IMG/VR virus record: IMGVR_UViG_3300042350_004528
Coordinates: 1-64,000 of that record
DNA: 64,000 nucleotides
Direction: 5' to 3' (one strand)
Every line of letters begins with the position of its first letter. Positions within the stretch are counted from its first letter, which is position 1. This document shows, piece by piece, positions 36,400 to 47,390 of this stretch. The translations under genes and the position numbers were made by a program. A model generated the notes under the pieces. That model was not told where the DNA came from, searched no databases, and saw only the letters and a program-made list of their open reading frames with translations.

Positions 36400-38915
36400 A
36401 GCATTTCATCTAATTCCGCCACGCCACCACCACTTGGTTTTTTGGGTGCGGTATATTTTGGTAGTTTATTTTTTGAAGCGGCGTCTGACGGTTTTTTAGC
36501 TGTTATGGCCGATTTAATTGGTACTACAATGTTTTTTATATCACCATCACTATTAATAATAGATATTCTTAATTTACCATTTATGACAAATTGTGAAATA
36601 TTTGATGCTAAAAATTTTAATTTTTCCCCAATGTTAAAATAAACATCTATCTTATTACTTTCATTAGGTATGATAAATTTATCACCGTTTTGTACAGCAT
36701 ATGTTGTCAGGGCGTAATCTCTTATTTCATACCTTAAATCCGTTGGATTAGCATCTAAATTGATTACCGCTTTTTCTAAAGTTAATTTGTTTATTAAAAT
36801 ATCTTTATCTGTTTGGTTAATATTTTTTTGAGCGGTTAAAATCAAAAATTGCTCAATTAATTCTGGGTTGTCTTTTGGATTTAAAATATCATTTACAGCA
36901 TCGACAACACCGTCAACAATTGAAAATAAATCCGATTGATTAGTATTATATGCAATTAATAACCCAAGCGCTGTGTCTCTAATATCATCAAATATAGCCC
37001 TATTTATGCTTTTCATAGACTCATATTTTTGAGTTAATTTATCTATATAATAATATATTTCACTATGATTTTGATCGACCTGACCTCTTAAATCCACAGC
37101 TAGCCCCGTATAATCATAATTATGTGAAGACGTTACACGAAACACAACACCTAATTTTGTAAAACATTTTGACAAAAAATTAACTATTGATTGCTCCCTA
37201 TACGACTCATCATATTGATAATAGTTTATATTATACCTTTCACTTTCTATTTGATTTAAGAGAACTTTAAAAATAAGTGGATTTTCCAAATATTTTCTTA
37301 ACACATTTTCAGTAAATTTTCCAGCATCAGTACCTGAACCTATGTTTGATTGTGAGCCATGTACTATCGTTATAGCCTCACTAACCCTATAACTTGGGTT
37401 TTCATTCCATAAACTTTGTCTTTGGTTGTAAACAGTATTTTTTAAAACTAAACTATTAAGATTTACCGTTATGTCTTTAAATTCCATACTTCTAATAGTC
37501 CAAGTTTTTGTATCAACATTTTTAAAGATAAAAGATTTGATTGGTATTTGATATGCTTTAACATTTCTATTTACAACTGGAATGTATACATTTTTTTCAT
37601 TTAACTCACCAAAAACTTCTGAAGTTAAATTATTTATATAACCATTAAATTGCTTTAAAAAGTTTTTTGTTTTATTATTAAGGAATGTTTGGTAATTATT
37701 TATTTCACCATCTGTTAAGATTGGTAAACTACTTGCGCTATTAACAAAATTAGATGTATATAAATTTTTTATTGTAAAATTTAAAGGATTAGAAATTTCT
37801 TGCGTGGTTAAAATTAATTTTGAATTTTTAGGTTTTTCATTTGGTACCACTTTGTTTTTATAGTAAGTGTCAAACTCTAACTGATACAAATCAAAATTAC
37901 TTCGCTCGCTATCATACTCTTTTGTTATTGGATTATATTCGTATATTTTGTAAGTTTTATTTTGATAATCTAAAACATATTTCAAATAGCGATTATTTTG
38001 ACTAAAGTTATCTGGATCTTGTAACCATTTTTTATTAACATCTAAATTTGATGATGGTAATAGGGATATTTTTTTACCATTTAATGCATCCCAAAAAGAA
38101 TATTTAACGTAAAATTCATTTGTTATATAATCTTTTAAAAAGAAAAATGAAAACCCATCAACACCTTCATTTAATTTAAAACAAGGTCTTTCATAATGAA
38201 AGTTTTTTGATTCATTTTTTTCCGTAATATTATACCTATCATTAATAAAAATTGGCACTGATTGTATTCTATTTTGAGACACAGCAGATGTTGAATCATA
38301 AATTTCCATTAACAAAAATGAGTTATAAAAATACGGTTTGTTTGAAAAAAGTAATGGCTCGTTTACCCATTTATCTTTTGATTGCCAAAATGGTAACGTG
38401 AATGAATTATAAAAAATAGGTATACCAGATTTAATTGGCTTTTTTAATGTGCTCTCACCAATAAAATCTCTAACAACATATGGTTTTTGTTTCAATTCTT
38501 CAAACCTAGTTAAAGTTTTTTCACTTAAAACAGCCTCTTCTCTTAGTCCATTAGCTTGTCTGGTTTCGTAGACGTTATTGAATCCTTTAGTTATTTCAAC
38601 CCCGTTAATATCAGTTAATCCGAATTTTGCTTTTGTGATATTATACTGTTTATTAAAATCAGATTCAATATATTTTTTTAAATCAGATAGTTCATTGTCT
38701 TGAACATAATGTAAAAAGAAAATATTAAAATTTATTTCATTAATATTATCTGGTTTATACTCGTAAATTTCAGTATCACTGATATCATTAATAACGGTAT
38801 TTTTTGTAAAATTTAATAAATTTTGGTTATAAAAATCCCTGTCAGACGAATAGTCTTCATTTACAATATTAGTTTGTAAAATTATATCTTCGTTTGGTGT
38901 TTTTGTTTTTAACAT
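36396..38915 (-). CDS. putative baseplate-associated protein (839 aa)
   Basis: Long ORF overlapping both neighbours. Confidence 0.6.
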   Translation of the reverse strand: MLKTKTPNEDIILQTNIVNEDYSSDRDFYNQNLLNFTKNTVINDISDTEIYEYKPDNINEINFNIFFLHYVQDNELSDLKKYIESDFNKQYNITKAKFGLTDINGVEITKGFNNVYETRQANGLREEAVLSEKTLTRFEELKQKPYVVRDFIGESTLKKPIKSGIPIFYNSFTLPFWQSKDKWVNEPLLFSNKPYFYNSFLLMEIYDSTSAVSQNRIQSVPIFINDRYNITEKNESKNFHYERPCFKLNEGVDGFSFFFLKDYITNEFYVKYSFWDALNGKKISLLPSSNLDVNKKWLQDPDNFSQNNRYLKYVLDYQNKTYKIYEYNPITKEYDSERSNFDLYQLEFDTYYKNKVVPNEKPKNSKLILTTQEISNPLNFTIKNLYTSNFVNSASSLPILTDGEINNYQTFLNNKTKNFLKQFNGYINNLTSEVFGELNEKNVYIPVVNRNVKAYQIPIKSFIFKNVDTKTWTIRSMEFKDITVNLNSLVLKNTVYNQRQSLWNENPSYRVSEAITIVHGSQSNIGSGTDAGKFTENVLRKYLENPLIFKVLLNQIESERYNINYYQYDESYREQSIVNFLSKCFTKLGVVFRVTSSHNYDYTGLAVDLRGQVDQNHSEIYYYIDKLTQKYESMKSINRAIFDDIRDTALGLLIAYNTNQSDLFSIVDGVVDAVNDILNPKDNPELIEQFLILTAQKNINQTDKDILINKLTLEKAVINLDANPTDLRYEIRDYALTTYAVQNGDKFIIPNESNKIDVYFNIGEKLKFLASNISQFVINGKLRISIINSDGDIKNIVVPIKSAITAKKPSDAASKNKLPKYTAPKKPSGGGVAELDEML

Positions 38916-40612
38916 TTTTCGTCTATATACTGATTAAATGGTTTTATTCCATTGGGGTCATTTGGGTCGTTTGTTTCACTTAAATCTACATTTCTAAACG
39001 CATCATCAAACTCGTTAATAAATTGATTACCAGCTGCTGATGTTACATCGTTTACATTTAGTGTATATTTTCTAACCGATCTAACTTCAGGTGTTAAAAA
39101 AAAGTTAATATCACAAAAAGTATAAAAAGATCCGTTCATGAAAGGAAAATCTATAACATTACCATTTTCATCAGTTATTCCTATATCAAATACATCTCGC
39201 CAAATATATTTTTCCCTTTCTCTGCTATAAATAGCATAATCTGGTTTATTCCTAACATTTTCACCGTCTTCGATATACGGTGATTTTAATTTTATATTAA
39301 TTTTTGTAAAAGGTTTGTAGTTAAATAATACATTTTTATATATGAATCTATGGCTAATGTATGAAATTTCATTTTCAGTTAAATTTTCAGTCGTGTGTTC
39401 ACAAATTGAGTGTAATAAAATATCACCAATTTTTGGTTTTGAATTAAAGCCTTTAGTATTATCAGATATAAGTTCCAATCCAAATCCATCGCCAACATTT
39501 TCAATATAATTTGAAAAATGAGACTCGACATTACTAATTGTGTTTTCAGCTGGCGCTGAGTTTTTAATAATACCAATGTATAAATCAGAAAGGGGTTCGT
39601 TTAAATTATTTCGTAGCCCAGTTATATTTAAATCGCCATTTAAGAAAAAATTTTTTATTTGCTGGTTATAATTATTAATTGAAAAGGCGCAGTCGTCTAA
39701 TTGATCCACAATAGCAATAATTTCCAAGCCTTTTACATAATATTCTAACTGTTCTTTTTCAATTATTTTTGAGACATAAAATTCTGGTCTTATTAAACTC
39801 TGTATCCTTGGTCTTGGGGTGTTAATTATACCTGGAATTTCTGATGGTTTAAAAACCAAATTTTTAATTCTTTGTTTTGCATCATTATTTGCAACTTCTG
39901 TGTTATTTACTTTAACGTTAGTAAAATCATCTATTTTTTTTGTCGAAGCTTCTTTGGCCTGTACGATTTGTTTTTTGAAAGAACGTTTAACTGGTTTTGT
40001 GTTTATATAAACCATATTTGGTCTAACATCAACAACATCATATATTTTAGAGTCTAGTAAATCATCATCTAAAGTTTCAACTTTTAATTTATCGCCGATT
40101 TCAAAATTATGGCCAAGGGGCAAAAACATGCAAAAATTATCTGAGTTAATTGAAGAATTATACTGTCTAGCTGGTAAACCTAATCTAAAATCTAAGTCAA
40201 TGATGGTGGTGTTGTTTGAACTTTTTTCTAGTTTTTTAACACCTTTAATATACTGTTGAATCCCATTGACGTCCACCTTTGATTCAAATCTTTTTGATTT
40301 TAATACCACAATTGTCCAATTATTTAAATTCATATCAAATAAATTATTATCAATTTCAATTAAACGATCGGTATTGTTTGTTAATTTTTGATGTACATTT
40401 AAATTAATAATTGGGTTTATTTTACCATATATTCTAAATTTATTAGATTCGTTTTTTTCGGTAATATATTGAGTTTGTTGTGATATATCATAAAACAAAT
40501 TGTGCTCGTATTGAATTTTTTTATTCTCTTCAAACACAACTCTAGTTTTTAGTTCTTTTCTTTTAGACCCAATAAACTTTTTTTCACCTAATATTTCTAC
40601 AATATCACTCAT
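38909..40612 (-). CDS. putative baseplate-associated protein (567 aa)
   Basis: Long ORF; WRD...G...PFMNG near the C-terminus. Confidence 0.6.
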   Translation of the reverse strand: MSDIVEILGEKKFIGSKRKELKTRVVFEENKKIQYEHNLFYDISQQTQYITEKNESNKFRIYGKINPIINLNVHQKLTNNTDRLIEIDNNLFDMNLNNWTIVVLKSKRFESKVDVNGIQQYIKGVKKLEKSSNNTTIIDLDFRLGLPARQYNSSINSDNFCMFLPLGHNFEIGDKLKVETLDDDLLDSKIYDVVDVRPNMVYINTKPVKRSFKKQIVQAKEASTKKIDDFTNVKVNNTEVANNDAKQRIKNLVFKPSEIPGIINTPRPRIQSLIRPEFYVSKIIEKEQLEYYVKGLEIIAIVDQLDDCAFSINNYNQQIKNFFLNGDLNITGLRNNLNEPLSDLYIGIIKNSAPAENTISNVESHFSNYIENVGDGFGLELISDNTKGFNSKPKIGDILLHSICEHTTENLTENEISYISHRFIYKNVLFNYKPFTKINIKLKSPYIEDGENVRNKPDYAIYSREREKYIWRDVFDIGITDENGNVIDFPFMNGSFYTFCDINFFLTPEVRSVRKYTLNVNDVTSAAGNQFINEFDDAFRNVDLSETNDPNDPNGIKPFNQYIDEKC

Positions 40613-42906
40613 TTTACAAAATAATTTTTTTCAATATCGTACAACGCATTAGCACCTTTCCATAAACCAAAATAGTAATATTTCCCTTTATAACTATTGT
40701 TTGATGTGGCACTTTCTGAATTAGTTGTTGTTATTGTTTCTTCTGGACGCTCAACGAAAATTTCAGAAGAATCTAAACTAACACTTCTAACTGAGGTGGT
40801 TTGTGTTATTTGCGATCTGATAATTGAAGCATCTCCTTTTCTATATGAAGAATAAACCTGGTCGTTTATTAAATCTGGTAAATCGTCAGTTATATCATCG
40901 ATAAAAACCTCTAAAATTGGTTCTTTACCATTATATTCCACAGAATTAATAAAAACACCGTATGTTTGATACTCATCCGCAACTTGATTATAGGCTTTAT
41001 GTACTGAAGATCCATTTGCATTTGAACCCTTTTTCTTGGCTAATTCTGTTGCATATAAACTAGCATTAAATACGGTAGTTGTATTATCACCAAAATTCCA
41101 AGTATTATTGTCACCAAAAATATTATTACCGTTGTTGATAAAATCATCGGCATTAAATAATTCTGAGTACACCGACCCTGAGTTTACACCACCATCTTTC
41201 TTAACACCTAGACCCAAATACATTTCCCAATCACCAACCCATTCGTTATATGTGTCAGTTTTATCTTTCCAAGGTTCAATTAAAAATTTATGTGCTCTTT
41301 TTAAGGAATTATCCTCATAAGTAGTATAAAATCTCGGTATTAAGATCGATCCAATAATCGTAGGTTCGTCTATGTTTGCCACTGTATTAAAATGTAAAGG
41401 AAAATTCCAAAAAACCGATGATTTATTTGGGTTATACTGTGGAAAATACCCAATAAAATTACCAGGTATTAACGCATTTGATAAAGAATGTTTTTTGTGT
41501 ATTGTTTTTACCGTATAAAACTTTCTGCGTCTGTTTAATATGTCATATTCAAATAAACCACCCCAAGTACCTTCCCAACCACCAAGCCAAACATCTCCAT
41601 TAATCGTGGATGGTATCCTAATACCTGGTAATATTTGGTTTGCAAATCCACCCCACGGTAGTCTTCTGCCTGTCCATCTATCATCGGTGTCATATATCTC
41701 AAAGGCGTAATATGCTTTTGTTGGTATTCCATTCGTTGTATCGTTTGTCGGAACTAAATCACCAAATTCATTTGTGATATAGTAATCCGTATACATAGGT
41801 AATGATAATCTGAATACCCCATTGTAGTATGAACCAGTAAATACGCCAAGTCTTTTTCTAGAACCTTGATTTAGTTTATCGTCTAATCGATAAACAACTA
41901 TTTCCATTTTTTGATATGGATATATATCACCAGTTGCGTAATTAAGTGAAGCATCGTTTGCGTGAATCTCTGGTCTTCTTGTTGTGATATTATAATTGTA
42001 ATCTGGATTTATCGTAAAACCACCACTTGGTGCATGTATATACCCAAAAAATACAGCGGTTGGTGTGTATTTAAAATTTATTTTAAAATCACACCTAGTT
42101 ATACCCACATCACATTGATCCTCATCGCCCCAAAATGGTGATACGGTTATTTGTTTAACCTGATGAAATATATTAGGCATTTCATCAATATTTGTTTTTA
42201 CTTCGACCTCAAAGTTATTATTACCCAAGTAAATAAAATTAGGCACTTTGTTCCTATTAATTGTTTGCTCTTGGGCGTCAATGGAATTACTAAGTAATAA
42301 TGATCTTAATTCCTCAATGTTGTTATTTAAAGATATTTGTTCAACCAAATCATTTGCTGTTAATTCAAAAGATTTTGTATCAAAGACATCAAAATCCATA
42401 ATGATATCATGTTGCCCAGTTGGGACGCCAAATATCATAAAGTCACCCGATTCATTTGTTGTAGTTGTGTATTTGTAATACTTTTCCATTACCTCGAGAT
42501 ACTGCGGGTAATTTGTAAAGTCACTTTCGTGTGGAAAATTACCGATTGCTTTGTGACTTGGATTTCTTTCGTTTTTAACCCTAGGGAAAAGGTTATATCT
42601 AACACCATTTGGGTAAGTGTCATTTACCGTTTCAAACGGATATAATTCCAATATTTCTGGTCTATCTTTATCTTCATCTTTTAAAGGGATAAAAATACTA
42701 ACTTTTGCGTTTTGAACACCAAATCCGCTATTTAACATAACCCTTCCAACAATAACACCAAAATTTGAGCATTGTCTAGTGTAAGCATCGGAATTGGTTA
42801 TCTTTAAACTAAGGATTTCAAGATTATCAAACTCTTGCTCTAAATTAAATTGTATTACTTTATCATCCCTAGAAAAATCTACTGGAATCCTTATGTTTCT
42901 ATCCAT
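40609..42906 (-). CDS. putative baseplate protein with carboxypeptidase-regulatory/prealbumin-like N-terminal fold (765 aa)
   Basis: GVIVGRV..NSGFGVQNAKVSIF, TNESGDFMIFGVP; follows gp6. Confidence 0.6.
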   Translation of the reverse strand: MDRNIRIPVDFSRDDKVIQFNLEQEFDNLEILSLKITNSDAYTRQCSNFGVIVGRVMLNSGFGVQNAKVSIFIPLKDEDKDRPEILELYPFETVNDTYPNGVRYNLFPRVKNERNPSHKAIGNFPHESDFTNYPQYLEVMEKYYKYTTTTNESGDFMIFGVPTGQHDIIMDFDVFDTKSFELTANDLVEQISLNNNIEELRSLLLSNSIDAQEQTINRNKVPNFIYLGNNNFEVEVKTNIDEMPNIFHQVKQITVSPFWGDEDQCDVGITRCDFKINFKYTPTAVFFGYIHAPSGGFTINPDYNYNITTRRPEIHANDASLNYATGDIYPYQKMEIVVYRLDDKLNQGSRKRLGVFTGSYYNGVFRLSLPMYTDYYITNEFGDLVPTNDTTNGIPTKAYYAFEIYDTDDRWTGRRLPWGGFANQILPGIRIPSTINGDVWLGGWEGTWGGLFEYDILNRRRKFYTVKTIHKKHSLSNALIPGNFIGYFPQYNPNKSSVFWNFPLHFNTVANIDEPTIIGSILIPRFYTTYEDNSLKRAHKFLIEPWKDKTDTYNEWVGDWEMYLGLGVKKDGGVNSGSVYSELFNADDFINNGNNIFGDNNTWNFGDNTTTVFNASLYATELAKKKGSNANGSSVHKAYNQVADEYQTYGVFINSVEYNGKEPILEVFIDDITDDLPDLINDQVYSSYRKGDASIIRSQITQTTSVRSVSLDSSEIFVERPEETITTTNSESATSNNSYKGKYYYFGLWKGANALYDIEKNYFVK

Positions 42907-42907
42907 A

Positions 42908-44728
42908 TTAAACGCCTAACAATGTGTTTTGTGTGGTTGGTATAACCACAATATCTTTTTCTGGTGTTCTTAATTGTAAAATTTGATCCGCATTTACACG
43001 AATAACCCCACCAGTTATATCAATTTCACCTGTGTTAACATTTATGTAGAGTGAATCGTCAAGTTTACTTGATGAATAATCTCCACCAACTTTGTTAAAT
43101 ACCTTAATATAGTTAATATTTAAAACACCATCAATCTGTGAAAGTTTTTTAATAACGTCCCCAACAAGATAACTTTGCCCTAACTGCATTTTATCCTTGG
43201 AAAACTCATCTCTTAATATCGCGGCAATGTTAGCAATTGCATTTATTTGCGATCCAGCCTCGCTTAAAATTGATATTTCAAACGATAAATCAATCACATC
43301 GGCTGGTTTTACAACAACATAATCATTTATCATTCTATATCTCGATAAATAATTTGCTACGTTTTCTAGAACAGTTGATGAAACAATATTTGTTAACGAA
43401 CCATTTGTATCTGTCGATAAAACACCAACGTTAATTTTATTTTGAATTTGTGAGACGCTTACTTTTGCTGGAACACCAAATTTAGCTGGCATACCGAGTA
43501 AAATGGCTTTATAATCTTGCAATGTGACAGCTCTATTTTGAGCAGAAAAATTGTACGAAATATAGTTTCTTAACTCCTCAATACTTGGAGCCTCACCACC
43601 CCCAATTGCTGGTGTAACATTTGTAACCGTTAGCGAACCTTGCACAATTGAATTAATTTGGGCCTCAGGGCCGTTCAGTTGCATAGAAACAAGTCCTGTG
43701 GTATCTATTGTACCAACACCGACATTTGTGTCCTCACCACCTCCAATCCTGTATTTAATATACATCGTTGTATTATTGATTGGGGCAAAACCTAAACCTG
43801 GGTTACTTAAAAAACTTTTAAGATTAAAAGTATTAGCATCGACAAAATCATCTAATATGTCTAAACCCTGGTCGGTCAAAGAACCGAAAGTTAACACACA
43901 AAATCCATTTGGTGTAAATTCTTTTACAAATCGCCTATCAACTTTTGTGTAGTCACCTTTATAAACACCATTTACTGGCGCCACAGTTCTGTCTTCAACA
44001 AAGATTGTATCTTCAGCCAAAGACGCAACTTCGTACCATTTATTTGTGTTTGAATTAAATTCTAAATTTGTTGGTATTGTTTGAAACGATGTACCATTTT
44101 TATGAATAATAGAATCAATAGATAATATATTATTTTCTGGCAATGTTATTTGATAAAATGATCTTGTATTTGAAATTTTTTGTGTAAAAATTCTACTTGC
44201 CCCAGCCACAACTATACCAGTTTTTGTTATCCTATATGCAGTTAAAATACCATTTGTGTAAATTGGGATTTTAGTTCTATCAATTTTACCCGAGATATTA
44301 AAATTTGATGCAAAATCAATATCATATAACAACTCGAAACTAACATCCCCAGATAAAAATTGTGAACCTGCATACATTAATGGTAAGTACCTTCTATCCT
44401 CAGCATCACCCCTAATGGGTACCTGGACGCTAAATTGACATACAGCAACGCTTGCTGATCTGGTTGGTAATTTTAAACCATACGTTTTCGCAATATTAAA
44501 AAGTGATTGTCTTTCTTGAGCGTAATCCAATACAGTTTCTTGTAAAGCCCTATCAATATGAAAATGAAGGTTATCCGCAATTGCAGCATTTAAATCTAAA
44601 AATACGGATAAAATTGACGCATCGTTGAAATTTTGCACCAAATTTGGGTAGTACTGTTTAATAAAATTGATTTGTTCGGTTTTTAATGACGAAAAATCGC
44701 GTTTACTATAATTAATTTGTTTAGCCAT
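42908..44728 (-). CDS. baseplate wedge subunit (T4 gp6 / baseplate J-like)
   Basis: YSKRDF, AQER.S..NIAKTYG, YRIGGG..TN, QNRAVTLQDY. Confidence 0.9.
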   Translation of the reverse strand: MAKQINYSKRDFSSLKTEQINFIKQYYPNLVQNFNDASILSVFLDLNAAIADNLHFHIDRALQETVLDYAQERQSLFNIAKTYGLKLPTRSASVAVCQFSVQVPIRGDAEDRRYLPLMYAGSQFLSGDVSFELLYDIDFASNFNISGKIDRTKIPIYTNGILTAYRITKTGIVVAGASRIFTQKISNTRSFYQITLPENNILSIDSIIHKNGTSFQTIPTNLEFNSNTNKWYEVASLAEDTIFVEDRTVAPVNGVYKGDYTKVDRRFVKEFTPNGFCVLTFGSLTDQGLDILDDFVDANTFNLKSFLSNPGLGFAPINNTTMYIKYRIGGGEDTNVGVGTIDTTGLVSMQLNGPEAQINSIVQGSLTVTNVTPAIGGGEAPSIEELRNYISYNFSAQNRAVTLQDYKAILLGMPAKFGVPAKVSVSQIQNKINVGVLSTDTNGSLTNIVSSTVLENVANYLSRYRMINDYVVVKPADVIDLSFEISILSEAGSQINAIANIAAILRDEFSKDKMQLGQSYLVGDVIKKLSQIDGVLNINYIKVFNKVGGDYSSSKLDDSLYINVNTGEIDITGGVIRVNADQILQLRTPEKDIVVIPTTQNTLLGV

Positions 44729-44729
44729 T

Positions 44730-45146
44730 TTATAATAATAATGTTACCGTGCCAGACGATTGAAATGTTCTTGAATTTACTGTGTAATCAAGATTTATTT
44801 TTATTGTGTGTTGTAATTTGTCATCACCAACAAATTCAATTTGATCGTAAAATTTATTTATAATGATTTTATTTATAGTTAAATTTGGTATGTATTTTTC
44901 GACAGCATCGATAATTTCATCCTCAATTTTACCCATCGTAATATCATCAAGCGGTTCAAAAATGTATTGATATAAATTGGTACCAAAATCTGGTAAATAA
45001 TACCTACTACCTCTTTTTGTTAATAAAAGATGTATTAAATTTGTTTTAACTTCTAACTCTGGTGTTGTTGTTAACTTTAAAAAATCACCATTGTCACCGT
45101 CATCAAAGGGAAAATTAACACCATATGTTGGTCTCCTAATATTCAT
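44730..45146 (-). CDS. baseplate wedge subunit gp25 / GPW
   Basis: LLLTKRGSRYYLPDFGTNLYQYIFEP. Confidence 0.92.
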   Translation of the reverse strand: MNIRRPTYGVNFPFDDGDNGDFLKLTTTPELEVKTNLIHLLLTKRGSRYYLPDFGTNLYQYIFEPLDDITMGKIEDEIIDAVEKYIPNLTINKIIINKFYDQIEFVGDDKLQHTIKINLDYTVNSRTFQSSGTVTLLL

Positions 45147-45161
45147 GATTTTTATTTATTC

Positions 45162-45168
45162 ATAAATA
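45162..45168 (-). promoter_or_regulatory. TATTTAT putative late promoter heading the baseplate operon
   Basis: Lies between the nrdA terminator and the gp25 ATG. Confidence 0.55.
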
Positions 45169-45194
45169 GTAAGAAAAATTATTTTATTGTAAAC

Positions 45195-45221
45195 AAAAAA
45201 GCCACCGTTTAGGTGGCTTTT
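45195..45221 (-). terminator. Rho-independent terminator after nrdA
   Basis: AAAAGCCACC-TAAAC-GGTGGCTTTTTT on the minus strand. Confidence 0.85.
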
Positions 45222-45225
45222 CTTG

Positions 45226-47379
45226 TTAACTTGAGCACCCAAAGCACTCAAATTGACTATTTTCTGGTTTTTTGGGTACCGCTTCAGTTGCACTACCCGA
45301 TGATAGTTTTGAGTTGTTTTCTATTTTAGATTTGGTTCTGGTATAATATGCACCAGACTTTAAACCGACTTTCCAAGCATACATTAAAGCGCTAGATATT
45401 TTAGAATATTTTGCATCAGAATGATAAACATTTAACGACTGCGATTGGTCAACATATTTGTTTCTAATCGCTGATAAATCTAATAACGTTTTTTGTGAAA
45501 TCTCCCAAACATCTTTATATCTGTATCTTATATCTTGGGGAATTTCATTGATCATTTGTACACTCCCACCATTGGCGATAATTTTATTTTTAATATTATT
45601 ATCCCATATACCTAACTCATCCAATTCATTTACAAGGTGTTTATTTATTACCAAAAATTCGCCCTGACCAACTCTTCTAGTAAATAAATTTGACGTTACT
45701 GGTTCAAACGACTCAAATACACCCAGTAATATTGCAGATGACGCTGTTGGCATTAAACCAAGTAGTAATGAATTAAGCATCGGTATTGGTTCACCATTTG
45801 ATAATGGGCTCCACCCCTCAATATATGTTTCACCTTTTGAATAAGGGCTACCATCCCACGAGGGATAATTTCTATTTTGCTCTTTAGCCATGTTCATAGA
45901 TTCAGTAACCGCAGCTTTGTACATTGTCTCGAAAATGTCAGTGTTCCATTTTTTGGCCTCCTCACTTTCAAAAGAAATCTTTTTCTTTGCAAAAAAGTCA
46001 GCTAAACCAGCTACACCAATCGCCAAAGATCTTTGATCCAACCCAGCTTTTTCACTCCAATCATCACTCCACTTATTTTTATCAATAACAGCGTTTAGCG
46101 CTCTAACCATGACTTTTGTACTCTTAGCTATACTTTTCAAATCATCGTGTTCAGCTAGGTTAATTGAACCTAATGTACATTGTGATGTATAACCTGGTTT
46201 TGATACATTTGTAATTTCAATACAAAGATTACTTTGTTTAACAACACCAATATTATTTTGCATGTTTCTTTTATTCGCATTGTCTTTAAAGAATACATAC
46301 GGTCTTCCACTCTCAACCTGAGCCTTAATAATCGCATCCCAAATTGTTTTTGGGTTTATTGGGGTGCCAATACCCAATTCAACAGCTTTATTATATAGTT
46401 CCACAAATTCATTACCCCAAGTATCATGCAGTGGTTTTAAACCAGCTTTTTCAATATCATTGGGGCAAAATAAATACCAATCTTCATTATTGGTTAATTT
46501 TTCCATAAACAAGTCGTTAACAACAACTGCGGTAAATAAATCTCTGGTTCTCATTTGCTCGTCACCGATTGGTAGCGTCAATTCTAAGAAATCCATGATA
46601 TCTCTATGCCATAAAGAAAGGTATAAAGCACAACTGCCAGAACGACTACCTTGTTTGTAAAATCTCATTTTACTTTGTACCATATCGGCTAATCTGACAA
46701 CACCACCAGCATTCCCATTAAATGAACCGACCATAGAATGGCGACTTCTCAGTGGATCGATTAACATACCAATACCAGCACCCTCTTTAGATGCGTAAGA
46801 TATTTTTGTAAGCGTATCCTCAATCCCATCAATACTATCGCTATGTAATGTGGTCAAATTACAAGAAATCATTCCATTTCTTTTGTCAATCCCCGCATTT
46901 GTGTATATCGGTGTTGCAAAGTTCATTCTTTTGTTTGTCAGTTCCTCAACAAACATTTTAAAATCTTTATCCGAACTTGATAAGTGTTTTGCCACTCTAT
47001 TATACATACAAGAGGGTAATTCTATTGGCATACTACCTTCTTTCATTGAATATTTTTTCAAGAATGTTGTTGCCGCGAAGAAATCATAGGTTAAATCAAC
47101 TGGTTGTAATTCCTTACCAATTAACTTTGACTGTCTACTCAAAAGTAATCTACCACCTAAGGTCGAATAATCTGGGTGGTTTATTACTTTGTCGGCGGCC
47201 TTAAACGCAATTAGTTCATCCAATTCGGTGGTTGTCATACCATCGTATATCAAAGGAATAACTTCTTTGAATAACGCATCACCATCAACATTTAAATCTT
47301 TTGAGTTATTTTTTATTCTGCTCAAAATTTTATTAGGCATAAAAGCCTGAAAATCACCGTTTCTTTTTTTAATCCTCAT
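45226..47379 (-). CDS. nrdA: ribonucleoside-diphosphate reductase alpha subunit, class Ia, with ATP cone
   Basis: IKKRNG ATP cone, ISC, SNLCIEI, MPTASS, YYTR, C-terminal CFGC. Confidence 0.97.
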   Translation of the reverse strand: MRIKKRNGDFQAFMPNKILSRIKNNSKDLNVDGDALFKEVIPLIYDGMTTTELDELIAFKAADKVINHPDYSTLGGRLLLSRQSKLIGKELQPVDLTYDFFAATTFLKKYSMKEGSMPIELPSCMYNRVAKHLSSSDKDFKMFVEELTNKRMNFATPIYTNAGIDKRNGMISCNLTTLHSDSIDGIEDTLTKISYASKEGAGIGMLIDPLRSRHSMVGSFNGNAGGVVRLADMVQSKMRFYKQGSRSGSCALYLSLWHRDIMDFLELTLPIGDEQMRTRDLFTAVVVNDLFMEKLTNNEDWYLFCPNDIEKAGLKPLHDTWGNEFVELYNKAVELGIGTPINPKTIWDAIIKAQVESGRPYVFFKDNANKRNMQNNIGVVKQSNLCIEITNVSKPGYTSQCTLGSINLAEHDDLKSIAKSTKVMVRALNAVIDKNKWSDDWSEKAGLDQRSLAIGVAGLADFFAKKKISFESEEAKKWNTDIFETMYKAAVTESMNMAKEQNRNYPSWDGSPYSKGETYIEGWSPLSNGEPIPMLNSLLLGLMPTASSAILLGVFESFEPVTSNLFTRRVGQGEFLVINKHLVNELDELGIWDNNIKNKIIANGGSVQMINEIPQDIRYRYKDVWEISQKTLLDLSAIRNKYVDQSQSLNVYHSDAKYSKISSALMYAWKVGLKSGAYYTRTKSKIENNSKLSSGSATEAVPKKPENSQFECFGCSS

Positions 47380-47390
47380 CTCTATTTTTT